From Escherichia coli (GTDB lineage Bacteria > Pseudomonadota > Gammaproteobacteria > Enterobacterales > Enterobacteriaceae): a stretch of 64,000 nucleotides of DNA. Location: the NCBI RefSeq assembly GCF_044647545.1, contig NZ_CP172818.1; one strand, 5' to 3'. The notes below the pieces were generated by a model that did no database searches, was not told the DNA's origin, and was given only the letters and a program-made list of their open reading frames with translations. Both the position numbers and the translations under genes were made by a program. This document shows positions 43,422 through 53,318 of the stretch, piece by piece; position 1 is the stretch's first letter; every line of letters begins with the position of its first letter.

Positions 43422-44504
43422 ATGGCTCAGCTTTCGTTACAACATATTCAAAAAATCTACGATAACCAGGTGCATGTGGTGAAGGACTTCAACCTGGAAA
43501 TTGCCGATAAAGAGTTCATTGTCTTTGTCGGTCCGTCAGGCTGCGGTAAATCGACTACGCTGCGCATGATTGCCGGGCTTGAGGAGATCAGCGGTGGCGA
43601 TCTGTTGATCGACGGCAAACGAATGAATGACGTTCCAGCCAAAGCGCGCAATATCGCGATGGTGTTCCAGAACTACGCGCTGTATCCGCATATGACGGTC
43701 TACGACAACATGGCGTTTGGCCTGAAGATGCAAAAAATCGCCAAAGAGGTGATTGATGAGCGGGTTAACTGGGCGGCGCAAATCCTCGGCCTGCGTGAGT
43801 ACCTGAAACGCAAGCCGGGCGCGCTTTCTGGCGGGCAACGCCAGCGTGTGGCGCTCGGACGGGCGATTGTGCGCGAAGCGGGCGTGTTTTTAATGGATGA
43901 ACCGCTCTCTAACCTTGATGCCAAGCTGCGCGTACAAATGCGCGCAGAGATCAGCAAGCTGCATCAGAAACTGAACACCACCATGATCTACGTGACCCAC
44001 GATCAGACCGAAGCGATGACCATGGCGACGCGGATTGTGATTATGAAGGATGGGATTGTTCAGCAGGTCGGTGCGCCGAAAACGGTTTATAACCAACCTG
44101 CGAATATGTTTGTTGCCGGATTTATTGGATCGCCTGCGATGAATTTTATTCGCGGCACGATCGATGGCGATAAATTCGTTACGGAAACGCTTAAATTAAC
44201 CATACCCGAAGAGAAATTAGCGGTTCTGAAAACACAGGAAAGTTTGCATAAGCCCATCGTGATGGGAATACGCCCGGAAGATATTCATCCGGACGCGCAA
44301 GAGGAAAATAACATTTCCGCCAAAATTAGCGTGGCAGAATTAACCGGTGCGGAATTTATGCTCTACACCACGGTTGGGGGGCACGAGTTAGTGGTCCGTG
44401 CTGGTGCGTTAAATGATTATCATGCAGGAGAAAATATCACTATTCATTTTGATATGACTAAATGTCATTTCTTTGATGCAGAAACGAAAATAGCAATTCG
44501 CTAA
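43422..44504 (+). CDS. ycjV: ABC transporter ATP-binding protein YcjV (MalK-like), full length
   Basis: 360-aa ORF with Walker A GPSGCGKST, signature LSGGQRQR and a C-terminal TOBE-like extension. Confidence 0.92.
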   Translation: MAQLSLQHIQKIYDNQVHVVKDFNLEIADKEFIVFVGPSGCGKSTTLRMIAGLEEISGGDLLIDGKRMNDVPAKARNIAMVFQNYALYPHMTVYDNMAFGLKMQKIAKEVIDERVNWAAQILGLREYLKRKPGALSGGQRQRVALGRAIVREAGVFLMDEPLSNLDAKLRVQMRAEISKLHQKLNTTMIYVTHDQTEAMTMATRIVIMKDGIVQQVGAPKTVYNQPANMFVAGFIGSPAMNFIRGTIDGDKFVTETLKLTIPEEKLAVLKTQESLHKPIVMGIRPEDIHPDAQEENNISAKISVAELTGAEFMLYTTVGGHELVVRAGALNDYHAGENITIHFDMTKCHFFDAETKIAIR

Positions 44505-44548
44505 ATACAGGGGGAAGGCATTCCCCCAGAATAATACAAGGAACAATA

Positions 44549-45454
44549 ATGAAAAAGTTATTACCCTGTACCGCACTGGTGATGTGTGCGGGAATGGCTT
44601 GCGCACAGGCCGAGGAAAAGAACGACTGGCACTTTAATATCGGCGCGATGTACGAAATAGAAAACGTCGAAGGTTATGGCGAAGATATGGATGGGCTCGC
44701 GGAGCCTTCTGTCTATTTTAATGCCGCCAACGGGCCGTGGAGAATTTCTCTGGCCTATTATCAGGAAGGGCCGGTAGATTATAGCGCGGGTAAACGTGGA
44801 ACGTGGTTTGATCGCCCGGAGCTGGAGGTACATTATCAGTTCCTCGAAAGCGATGATTTCAGTTTCGGTCTGACTGGTGGTTTCCGTAATTATGGTTATC
44901 ACTACGTTGATGAACCGGGTAAAGACACGGCGAATATGCAGCGTTGGAAAATCGCGCCAGACTGGGATGTGAAACTGACTGACGATTTACGTTTCAACGG
45001 TTGGTTATCGATGTATAAATTTGCCAACGATCTGAACACGACCGGTTACGCTGATACCCGAGTCGAAACGGAAACAGGTCTGCAATATACCTTCAACGAA
45101 ACGGTTGCTTTGCGAGTGAACTATTATCTCGAGCGCGGCTTCAATATGGACGACAGCCGCAATAACGGTGAGTTTTCCACGCAAGAAATTCGTGCCTATT
45201 TGCCGCTGACGCTCGGCAACCACTCGGTGACGCCGTATACGCGCATTGGGCTGGATCGCTGGAGTAACTGGGACTGGCTGGATGATATTGAACGTGAAGG
45301 CCATGATTTTAACCGTGTGGGGTTATTTTACGGTTATGATTTCCAGAATGGTCTTTCCGTTTCGCTGGAATACGCGTTTGAGTGGCAGGATCACGACGAA
45401 GGCGACAGCGATAAATTCCATTATGCAGGTGTCGGCGTAAATTACTCGTTCTGA
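44549..45454 (+). CDS. ompG: Outer-membrane porin OmpG
   Basis: 301-aa ORF with signal peptide and beta-barrel terminal (VNYSF). Confidence 0.95.
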   Translation: MKKLLPCTALVMCAGMACAQAEEKNDWHFNIGAMYEIENVEGYGEDMDGLAEPSVYFNAANGPWRISLAYYQEGPVDYSAGKRGTWFDRPELEVHYQFLESDDFSFGLTGGFRNYGYHYVDEPGKDTANMQRWKIAPDWDVKLTDDLRFNGWLSMYKFANDLNTTGYADTRVETETGLQYTFNETVALRVNYYLERGFNMDDSRNNGEFSTQEIRAYLPLTLGNHSVTPYTRIGLDRWSNWDWLDDIEREGHDFNRVGLFYGYDFQNGLSVSLEYAFEWQDHDEGDSDKFHYAGVGVNYSF

Positions 45455-45467
45455 TAATGGGTTAAAT

Positions 45468-45498
45468 TGCCGGATGCGGCGCGAGCGCTAAATCGGCA
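45468..45498. repeat. REP-like palindromic element between convergent ompG and ycjW
   Basis: TGCCGGATGCGGCGCGAGCGCTAAATCGGCA resembles the REP consensus. Confidence 0.45.
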
Positions 45499-45503
45499 TA
45501 CAT

Positions 45504-46502
45504 TTATTTCAACGACATATGCGTAGCAACGGTAATATTTTGTGGTGACGGTTTTCCGGCAATTAGCTGGAATAATAACTCGCAGCTTTGTTGACCTAAC
45601 TCCTGCGTCGGAACATCGATGCCGCCTGGTGCAGGCGTTAATATAAACGACAGCGTTTCATTACTATAACCCACCACCGCTAACTGCTGCGGAATAGCAA
45701 TGTTTTTCTCTGCCGCCGCACGATAAATACTCATTAATTTCAGGCTGTCAGTAGCAAACACTGCCTCAGGCAACGGTGACTGGCTTAATAATTCCCGTGC
45801 GGCTTGCAAGGCTGTTTCATGGGTATAACCGCCGTCAACAATCCATTCATCACGCACTGCAATATTATGCGTAGCCAGGCTTTGCTTATAACCATTTACC
45901 CGATCCACTGAAACATGAACATCAAGCGGCGCATGCAGGCAGGCAATATTCTTATGCCCGCTTTCAATTAACGCATTGGTCAGCGCAATACTGTCGCCAT
46001 AATTATCGGTATCGACGGAATAAACATGGCTGTATTGACCTTCAACTTTGCCAATTACCACTACCGGGATCTCGTATTTGTCGAGTTGTGCAAAGAAGGA
46101 TTCATCGGCAGGCGAACTTAGCATAATAATGCCTTTAATCATTTTCTGCTTAATTTTGCTTTCGCATTTTTGCAGATCTTCTGCCGGATTGTGCGACGTT
46201 TGTAATATCACGTCGAAACCTTCTTCTTCCGCTTTGGCGGTGATGGCATGCAAAACTTCAGAGAAAAACGGATTACCCGCCGTAGTTTTGGTCGAACGGG
46301 TAGAAATCACCATAATGGCATCAAAACCCGAAGAGGTCAGCGCGCGTGCCAGCTTGTTTGGTTGATACTGTAATTCTTCAATGGCCCGTAACACTTTTTC
46401 GCGCGCTTCCGGGGAGATATTGGTTTGCTTATTCAGCACGCGTGATACGGTGGATTTTGATACGCCTGCAACCCTGGCAATATCATAAATAGTAGGGGAC
46501 AT
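45504..46502 (-). CDS. ycjW: LacI-family transcriptional regulator YcjW
   Basis: 332-aa ORF; N-terminal HTH ([21 protein letters not shown]). Confidence 0.93.
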   Translation of the reverse strand: MSPTIYDIARVAGVSKSTVSRVLNKQTNISPEAREKVLRAIEELQYQPNKLARALTSSGFDAIMVISTRSTKTTAGNPFFSEVLHAITAKAEEEGFDVILQTSHNPAEDLQKCESKIKQKMIKGIIMLSSPADESFFAQLDKYEIPVVVIGKVEGQYSHVYSVDTDNYGDSIALTNALIESGHKNIACLHAPLDVHVSVDRVNGYKQSLATHNIAVRDEWIVDGGYTHETALQAARELLSQSPLPEAVFATDSLKLMSIYRAAAEKNIAIPQQLAVVGYSNETLSFILTPAPGGIDVPTQELGQQSCELLFQLIAGKPSPQNITVATHMSLK

Positions 46503-46576
46503 AGGTCAGGAACTCCGTCCGAACGTGAATGTTGCACATCTTATGGAGTTCGCCCGTCGATGACAACACGGGCAGT

Positions 46577-46603
46577 TGATAATCAATGGCCTGGCCCCCA
46601 CAT
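46577..46603 (+). promoter_or_regulatory. Candidate sigma-32 (heat-shock) promoter of ycjX-ycjF
   Basis: TTGATA-N13-CCCCACAT resembles the sigma-32 consensus TTGAAA-N13-15-CCCCATNT, about 55 nt upstream of the ycjX ATG. Confidence 0.55.
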
Positions 46604-46656
46604 TCATATTCTTACGAATGATTTTTTTCTGGTCTTCAGAGCAGCACAGGACAGCA

Positions 46657-48054
46657 ATGAAGCGACTTAAAAATGAACTTAATGCGCTGGTGAATCGGGG
46701 TGTCGACAGACATCTGCGCCTCGCCGTAACCGGACTTAGCCGCAGCGGCAAAACGGCGTTTATCACTGCGATGGTCAATCAGTTGCTCAATATTCACGCC
46801 GGAGCAAGGTTGCCGCTGTTAAGCGCGGTGCGTGAAGAACGGCTGCTGGGCGTAAAACGCATTCCCCAGCGTGACTTTGGCATTCCGCGCTTCACCTATG
46901 ATGAAGGGCTGGCGCAGTTATATGGCGATCCACCCGCCTGGCCAACGCCAACGCGCGGCGTCAGCGAAATTCGCCTGGCGCTACGTTTTAAATCGAACGA
47001 TTCGCTGCTACGCCACTTTAAGGATACCTCCACGCTGTATCTGGAGATTGTGGATTATCCCGGCGAATGGTTGCTCGACCTGCCGATGCTGGCGCAGGAC
47101 TATTTAAGCTGGTCGCGCCAGATGACGGGCTTACTTAATGGTCAGCGCGGCGAATGGTCGGCGAAATGGCGAATGATGTGCGAAGGGCTGGACCCGCTAG
47201 CGCCTGCCGACGAAAACCGGCTGGCAGACATTGCCGCCGCGTGGACCGATTATCTCCACCACTGTAAACAGCAGGGGCTGCACTTTATTCAGCCTGGGCG
47301 CTTTGTCTTGCCGGGAGATATGGCAGGTGCGCCCGCGCTGCAATTCTTCCCGTGGCCAGATGTTGATGCCTGGGGCGAGTCCAAACTGGCGCAGGCCGAT
47401 AAGCACACCAATGCCGGAATGTTGCGCGAGCGGTTTAATTATTACTGCGAGAAAGTGGTGAAGGGGTTCTATAAGAATCATTTTCTGCGCTTTGACCGCC
47501 AGATTGTGCTGGTGGACTGCCTGCAACCTCTCAACAGTGGGCCACAGGCATTTAATGATATGCGTCTGGCGCTGACGCAACTGATGCAAAGTTTTCACTA
47601 CGGGCAGCGAACCCTGTTCCGGCGTTTGTTTTCACCGGTTATCGATAAGCTATTGTTTGCTGCCACTAAAGCAGACCATGTGACCATCGATCAGCACGCC
47701 AATATGGTTTCATTACTGCAACAACTGATTCAGGATGCCTGGCAAAATGCGGCGTTCGAAGGGATCAGCATGGACTGCCTGGGGCTGGCGTCAGTTCAGG
47801 CGACCACCAGCGGCATTATTGATGTTAACGGTGAGAAAATCCCGGCGCTGCGCGGTAATCGACTCAGCGATGGCGCACCGCTCACTGTTTATCCTGGCGA
47901 AGTTCCCGCTCGTTTGCCCGGTCAGGCGTTCTGGGATAAGCAAGGCTTCCAGTTTGAGGCGTTTCGTCCGCAGGTGATGGATGTTGACAAACCGCTGCCG
48001 CATATTCGCCTTGATGCTGCGCTGGAATTTTTAATAGGAGATAAATTGCGATGA
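46657..48054 (+). CDS. ycjX: YcjX, P-loop NTPase (DUF463), function unknown
   Basis: ORF 46576..48054; start at internal ATG ([15 protein letters not shown]...) giving 465 aa; Walker A GLSRSGKT. Confidence 0.9.
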   Translation: MKRLKNELNALVNRGVDRHLRLAVTGLSRSGKTAFITAMVNQLLNIHAGARLPLLSAVREERLLGVKRIPQRDFGIPRFTYDEGLAQLYGDPPAWPTPTRGVSEIRLALRFKSNDSLLRHFKDTSTLYLEIVDYPGEWLLDLPMLAQDYLSWSRQMTGLLNGQRGEWSAKWRMMCEGLDPLAPADENRLADIAAAWTDYLHHCKQQGLHFIQPGRFVLPGDMAGAPALQFFPWPDVDAWGESKLAQADKHTNAGMLRERFNYYCEKVVKGFYKNHFLRFDRQIVLVDCLQPLNSGPQAFNDMRLALTQLMQSFHYGQRTLFRRLFSPVIDKLLFAATKADHVTIDQHANMVSLLQQLIQDAWQNAAFEGISMDCLGLASVQATTSGIIDVNGEKIPALRGNRLSDGAPLTVYPGEVPARLPGQAFWDKQGFQFEAFRPQVMDVDKPLPHIRLDAALEFLIGDKLR

Positions 48055-49112
48055 CCGAACCGTTAAAACCACGTATTGATTTCGACGGTCCGCTGGATGT
48101 CGATCAGAATCCTGAATTCAGGGCGCAGCAGACCTTTGACGAAAATCAGGCGCAAAATTTTGCCCCGGCCACGCTCGACGAAGCGCAGGAAGAAGAGGGG
48201 CAAGTTGAAGCGGTGATGGACGCAGCGTTACGTCCGAAACGCAGCCTGTGGCGCAAAATGGTGATGGGCGGGCTGGCTCTGTTTGGCGCAAGCGTTGTCG
48301 GGCAGGGGGTACAGTGGACAATGAATGCCTGGCAAACCCAGGACTGGGTAGCGCTGGGTGGATGTGCCGCAGGGGCATTGATTATCGGCGCTGGCGTAGG
48401 TTCTGTGGTAACAGAGTGGCGGCGCTTATGGCGCTTGCGACAGCGCGCCCATGAACGCGACGAAGCGCGTGATTTATTGCACAGCCATGGCACCGGCAAA
48501 GGCCGCGCATTTTGCGAAAAACTGGCGCAGCAGGCGGGCATCGATCAGTCACATCCGGCGCTGCAACGCTGGTATGCCTCAATCCATGAAACGCAAAACG
48601 ACCGTGAAGTGGTCAGTTTGTATGCGCATTTGGTCCAGCCAGTTTTAGATGCCCAGGCACGGCGCGAAATCAGCCGTTCGGCAGCGGAATCAACATTGAT
48701 GATTGCGGTCAGCCCGCTGGCGCTGGTGGATATGGCATTTATCGCCTGGCGCAATCTGCGTTTGATTAATCGCATCGCCACGCTGTATGGCATTGAACTG
48801 GGGTATTACAGCCGTTTGCGCCTGTTCAAGCTGGTATTGCTGAATATCGCTTTCGCCGGAGCCAGCGAACTGGTGCGCGAAGTGGGGATGGACTGGATGT
48901 CGCAAGATCTCGCTGCTCGTTTGTCTACCCGCGCAGCTCAGGGGATTGGTGCAGGACTTCTGACGGCACGACTGGGGATTAAAGCTATGGAGCTTTGCCG
49001 CCCGCTGCCGTGGATTGACGATGACAAGCCACGCCTCGGGGATTTCCGTCGTCAGCTTATCGGTCAGGTGAAAGAAACTCTGCAAAAAGGCAAAACGCCC
49101 AGCGAAAAATAA
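48051..49112 (+). CDS. ycjF: YcjF, inner-membrane protein (UPF0283), function unknown
   Basis: 353-aa ORF; start overlaps the ycjX stop (ATGA); central hydrophobic segments. Confidence 0.9.
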   Translation: MTEPLKPRIDFDGPLDVDQNPEFRAQQTFDENQAQNFAPATLDEAQEEEGQVEAVMDAALRPKRSLWRKMVMGGLALFGASVVGQGVQWTMNAWQTQDWVALGGCAAGALIIGAGVGSVVTEWRRLWRLRQRAHERDEARDLLHSHGTGKGRAFCEKLAQQAGIDQSHPALQRWYASIHETQNDREVVSLYAHLVQPVLDAQARREISRSAAESTLMIAVSPLALVDMAFIAWRNLRLINRIATLYGIELGYYSRLRLFKLVLLNIAFAGASELVREVGMDWMSQDLAARLSTRAAQGIGAGLLTARLGIKAMELCRPLPWIDDDKPRLGDFRRQLIGQVKETLQKGKTPSEK

Positions 49113-49171
49113 TGCAATATCGGGTGCTGACCGGATATCTTTACGCCGAAGTGCCCGTTTTTCCGTCTTTG

Positions 49172-49189
49172 TGTCAATGATTGTTGACA
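49172..49189 (+). promoter_or_regulatory. TyrR box (autoregulatory operator) upstream of tyrR
   Basis: TGTCAA-TGATTG-TTGACA, perfectly palindromic; matches the TyrR box TGTAAA-N6-TTTACA. Confidence 0.7.
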
Positions 49190-49259
49190 GAAACCTTCCT
49201 GCTATTCAAATAGTGTCATATCATCATATTAATTGTTCTTTTTTCAGGTGAAGGTTCCC

Positions 49260-50801
49260 ATGCGTCTGGAAGTCTTTTGTGAAGACCGACTCGGTCTGAC
49301 CCGCGAATTACTCGATCTACTCGTGCTAAGAGGCATTGATTTACGCGGTATTGAGATTGATCCCATTGGGCGAATCTACCTCAATTTTGCTGAACTGGAG
49401 TTTGAGAGTTTCAGCAGTCTGATGGCCGAAATACGCCGTATTGCAGGTGTTACCGATGTGCGTACTGTCCCGTGGATGCCTTCCGAACGTGAGCATCTGG
49501 CGTTGAGCGCGTTACTGGAGGCATTGCCTGAACCTGTGCTCTCTGTCGATATGAAAAGCAAAGTGGATATGGCGAACCCGGCGAGCTGTCAGCTTTTTGG
49601 GCAAAAATTGGATCGCCTGCGCAACCATACCGCCGCGCAATTGATTAACGGCTTTAATTTTTTACGCTGGCTGGAAAGCGAACCGCAAGATTCGCATAAC
49701 GAGCATGTCGTTATTAATGGGCAGAATTTCCTGATGGAGATTACGCCTGTTTATCTTCAGGATGAAAATGATCAACACGTCCTGACCGGTGCGGTGGTGA
49801 TGCTGCGATCAACGATTCGTATGGGCCGTCAGTTGCAAAATGTCGCTGCCCAGGACGTCAGCGCCTTTAGTCAAATTGTCGCCGTCAGCCCGAAAATGAA
49901 GCATGTTGTCGAACAGGCGCAGAAACTGGCGATGCTAAGCGCGCCACTGCTGATTACGGGTGATACCGGCACCGGAAAAGATCTCTTTGCCTACGCCTGT
50001 CATCAGGCAAGCCCCAGAGCGAGCAAACCTTACCTGGCGCTGAACTGTGCGTCTATACCGGAAGATGCGGTCGAGAGTGAACTGTTTGGTCATGCTCCGG
50101 AAGGGAAGAAAGGGTTCTTTGAGCAGGCGAACGGTGGTTCGGTGCTGTTGGATGAAATAGGGGAAATGTCACCACGGATGCAGGCGAAATTACTGCGTTT
50201 CCTTAATGATGGCACCTTCCGTCGGGTTGGCGAAGACCATGAGGTGCATGTCGATGTGCGGGTGATTTGTGCTACGCAGAAGAATCTGGTCGAACTGGTG
50301 CAAAAAGGCGTGTTCCGTGAAGATCTCTATTATCGTCTGAACGTGTTGACGCTCAATCTGCCGCCGCTACGTGACTGTCCGCAGGACATCATGCCGTTAA
50401 CCGAGCTGTTCGTCGCCCGCTTTGCCGACGAGCAGGGCGTGCCGCGTCCGAAACTGGCCGCTGATCTGAATACTGTACTTACGCGTTATGCGTGGCCGGG
50501 AAATGTGCGGCAGTTAAAGAACGCTATCTATCGTGCACTGACACAACTGGACGGTTATGAGCTGCGTCCACAGGATATTTTGTTGCCGGATTATGACGCC
50601 GCAACGGTAGCCGTGGGCGAAGATGCGATGGAAGGTTCGCTGGACGAAATCACCAGCCGTTTTGAACGCTCGGTATTAACCCAGCTTTATCGCAATTATC
50701 CCAGCACGCGCAAACTGGCAAAACGTCTCGGCGTTTCACATACCGCGATTGCCAATAAGTTGCGGGAATATGGTCTGAGTCAGAAGAAGAACGAAGAGTA
50801 A
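49260..50801 (+). CDS. tyrR: Transcriptional regulator TyrR (ACT-PAS-AAA+-HTH)
   Basis: ORF 49233..50801; start at internal ATG (MRLEVFCEDRLGLTRELLDLL...) giving 513 aa; AAA+ and GAFTGA-like region. Confidence 0.96.
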   Translation: MRLEVFCEDRLGLTRELLDLLVLRGIDLRGIEIDPIGRIYLNFAELEFESFSSLMAEIRRIAGVTDVRTVPWMPSEREHLALSALLEALPEPVLSVDMKSKVDMANPASCQLFGQKLDRLRNHTAAQLINGFNFLRWLESEPQDSHNEHVVINGQNFLMEITPVYLQDENDQHVLTGAVVMLRSTIRMGRQLQNVAAQDVSAFSQIVAVSPKMKHVVEQAQKLAMLSAPLLITGDTGTGKDLFAYACHQASPRASKPYLALNCASIPEDAVESELFGHAPEGKKGFFEQANGGSVLLDEIGEMSPRMQAKLLRFLNDGTFRRVGEDHEVHVDVRVICATQKNLVELVQKGVFREDLYYRLNVLTLNLPPLRDCPQDIMPLTELFVARFADEQGVPRPKLAADLNTVLTRYAWPGNVRQLKNAIYRALTQLDGYELRPQDILLPDYDAATVAVGEDAMEGSLDEITSRFERSVLTQLYRNYPSTRKLAKRLGVSHTAIANKLREYGLSQKKNEE

Positions 50802-50806
50802 GCGTG

Positions 50807-50841
50807 AATATGCCTGATGGTGCAACACCATCAGGCATATT
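50807..50841. terminator. Hairpin between convergent tyrR and tpx
   Basis: Perfect 16-bp inverted repeat AATATGCCTGATGGTG / CACCATCAGGCATATT with 3-nt loop. Confidence 0.65.
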
Positions 50842-50844
50842 AAC

Positions 50845-51351
50845 TTATGCTTTCAGTACAGCCAGAGCTGCTTCGTAATCCGGCTCGGTGGTGATTTCAT
50901 CCACCAGCTGGCTGAAAATCACATTGTCATTTTCATCAATAACCACAACGGCACGCGCTGCCAGACCTTTCAGTGGGCCATCAGCAATTGCCACACCGTA
51001 GGCTTGCAGGAATTCAGCGTTACGGAAAGTGGAGAGGGTGATAACGTTGTTCAGACCTTCTGCGCCGCAGAAACGAGACTGGGCGAATGGCAGATCGGCA
51101 GAGATACACAGCACAACGGTGTTGTCGATCTCGGTTGCCAGTTGGTTAAACTTACGTACTGATGCGGCGCAAACACCGGTATCAATACTCGGGAAAATGT
51201 TCAGCACTTTGCGTTTACCCGCAAACTGACCGAGGGTGACGTCAGACAGATCTTTTGCCACGAGAGTAAAAGTCTGCGCTTTGCTACCCGCCTGCGGGAT
51301 GGAATTGGCGACTGTAACCGGGTTGCCCTGGAAATGAACGGTTTGTGACAT
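50845..51351 (-). CDS. tpx: Thiol peroxidase Tpx
   Basis: 168-aa [25 protein letters not shown]... Confidence 0.96.
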   Translation of the reverse strand: MSQTVHFQGNPVTVANSIPQAGSKAQTFTLVAKDLSDVTLGQFAGKRKVLNIFPSIDTGVCAASVRKFNQLATEIDNTVVLCISADLPFAQSRFCGAEGLNNVITLSTFRNAEFLQAYGVAIADGPLKGLAARAVVVIDENDNVIFSQLVDEITTEPDYEAALAVLKA

Positions 51352-51469
51352 GATTATCTTTCCTGTTTACATATAGTTAACGTCACACCTAGTTTATGCT
51401 AACTGTCAATAACACAGCAAACGCTATTTGCGCTTAATCCGCAGACCACCGCGACAACAAGGAGTAAAG

Positions 51470-52435
51470 ATGAGAACCGTTAAGGTATTTGAGGAGGCCT
51501 GGCCCTTACATACCCCGTTTGTGATTGCCCGGGGAAGTCGCAGTGAAGCGCGCGTGGTGGTGGTTGAACTGGAAGAAGATGGCGTCAAAGGTACGGGCGA
51601 ATGTACGCCTTATCCGCGCTATGGCGAAAGTGATGCCTCGGTAATGGCGCAAATTATGAGCGTCGTGCCGCAATTAGAGAAAGGGCTGACACGGGAGGAG
51701 TTGCAAAAAATCCTCCCTGCCGGCGCAGCACGTAATGCGCTGGATTGTGCATTGTGGGATCTGGCGGCGCGAAAACAGCAGCAATCGCTGGCTGATTTGA
51801 TCGGCATAACGCTTCCCGAGACAGTCACCACGGCACAGACGATAGTCATCGGTACGCCTGATCAGATGGCCAATAGTGCATCAACACTCTGGCAGGCAGG
51901 CGCGAAATTACTGAAAGTGAAGCTGGATAACCATCTTATCAGTGAGCGGATGGTGGCAATTCGCACAGCTGTGCCCGATGCGACGCTGATCGTTGATGCA
52001 AATGAATCCTGGCGTGCAGAAGGGTTGGCGGCGCGTTGCCAGCTATTGGCAGATTTAGGCGTTGCGATGCTTGAACAACCGCTTTCTGCGCAGGACGATG
52101 CGGCGCTGGAGAATTTTATTCATCCGTTACCGATTTGTGCTGATGAAAGTTGTCATACTCGTAGCAATCTGAAGGCGCTGAAAGGGCGCTATGAGATGGT
52201 TAACATTAAGCTTGATAAAACCGGTGGTCTGACGGAAGCGCTGGCGCTGGCGACTGAAGCGCGTGCACAAGGTTTTCGTCTGATGCTGGGCTGCATGTTG
52301 TGTACCTCTCGGGCCATTAGCGCCGCTTTACCGCTGGTGCCGCAGGTCAGTTTCGCCGATCTTGACGGACCGACCTGGCTGGCGGTAGATGTGGAACCGG
52401 CGCTTCAGTTCACAACGGGCGAATTGCATCTTTAG
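51470..52435 (+). CDS. ycjG: L-Ala-D/L-Glu epimerase YcjG (enolase superfamily)
   Basis: ORF 51428..52435; start at internal ATG after AAGGAG (MRTVKVFEEAW...) giving 321 aa. Confidence 0.93.
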   Translation: MRTVKVFEEAWPLHTPFVIARGSRSEARVVVVELEEDGVKGTGECTPYPRYGESDASVMAQIMSVVPQLEKGLTREELQKILPAGAARNALDCALWDLAARKQQQSLADLIGITLPETVTTAQTIVIGTPDQMANSASTLWQAGAKLLKVKLDNHLISERMVAIRTAVPDATLIVDANESWRAEGLAARCQLLADLGVAMLEQPLSAQDDAALENFIHPLPICADESCHTRSNLKALKGRYEMVNIKLDKTGGLTEALALATEARAQGFRLMLGCMLCTSRAISAALPLVPQVSFADLDGPTWLAVDVEPALQFTTGELHL

Positions 52436-53138
52436 GATGCCAGCGCAGCAAGTTTGCCATCGCAAAGAGATATTTTTCGCTGGCTTCGTCGGAGGAGATG
52501 GGCGGAAACTCTGCGGTGATGCAATGCAGGTTGAGATCCGCACACCAACTGCCGAAAGAGCCAGGCGTTTCATAACCGACGCTGGTTACCAGTGGCAATT
52601 CAAACGCCTGGGCCAGCCATTCACCTAATTCGCTGTGTCTGGGGTCTTCAATACAGGCCAGTGGATCGTGGAATGAGACCACCCAGGCAGGTTGAATGCG
52701 GTGTATAAGCTGGCACAGCGCCTGAGTTTCAGGTTCGGAGCCAGGTTTGTCACCTGTCAGTAAAACGACATCACGTTCTTCAGCGGTGCTGTTCCAGCGA
52801 TAAACTGTTTCACCTTCCTTCCAGTTCGCTGCCGGAAAGTTTCGGTTTAAATCCACACCATTAGCATTGGCCCGTAACCCTAACTGGCAGCCGTCAGGAT
52901 TCACACACAGCACCACATGATGGCGGCGCAAAGACGGTGTCAAAGTCCGCAGAGCACAGGAGAGCGTGACGATCGAAGAGTTTTCATCACCGTGAGTGCC
53001 AGCCAGAATCAAACCACTTTCGTGACTGGCGGCTGGGGCCGGAAACCAGATCAAAGGCGCGCCCAATAATGAACGTCCGTAATGTTCTGTACCGGGCGGA
53101 AATGCGCCGCGTTCGGCGCGTGGGCGAGTTACGGTCAT
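52410..53138 (-). CDS. mpaA: Murein peptide amidase A MpaA (zinc carboxypeptidase family)
   Basis: ORF 52410..53198; start at MTVTRPRAERGAF...; 242 aa; 3' end overlaps ycjG by 26 nt. Confidence 0.9.
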   Translation of the reverse strand: MTVTRPRAERGAFPPGTEHYGRSLLGAPLIWFPAPAASHESGLILAGTHGDENSSIVTLSCALRTLTPSLRRHHVVLCVNPDGCQLGLRANANGVDLNRNFPAANWKEGETVYRWNSTAEERDVVLLTGDKPGSEPETQALCQLIHRIQPAWVVSFHDPLACIEDPRHSELGEWLAQAFELPLVTSVGYETPGSFGSWCADLNLHCITAEFPPISSDEASEKYLFAMANLLRWHPKDAIRPL

Positions 53139-53318
53139 GATCGTCTCTGGTTCAGGAAGTATTACAGGCAGTGTTGTGCAAATTTTGCGGATTATCAAAT
53201 CCTTTTCTTCAACGCTATGTTATCGATCTTTTCACTTTTTTGCCGGAAGTTGTTTGCATTTCTTTAAGGCGAAACAAATAATTACGCATCAATTTTAATG
53301 TCGGTTAGAGGGAAACTT

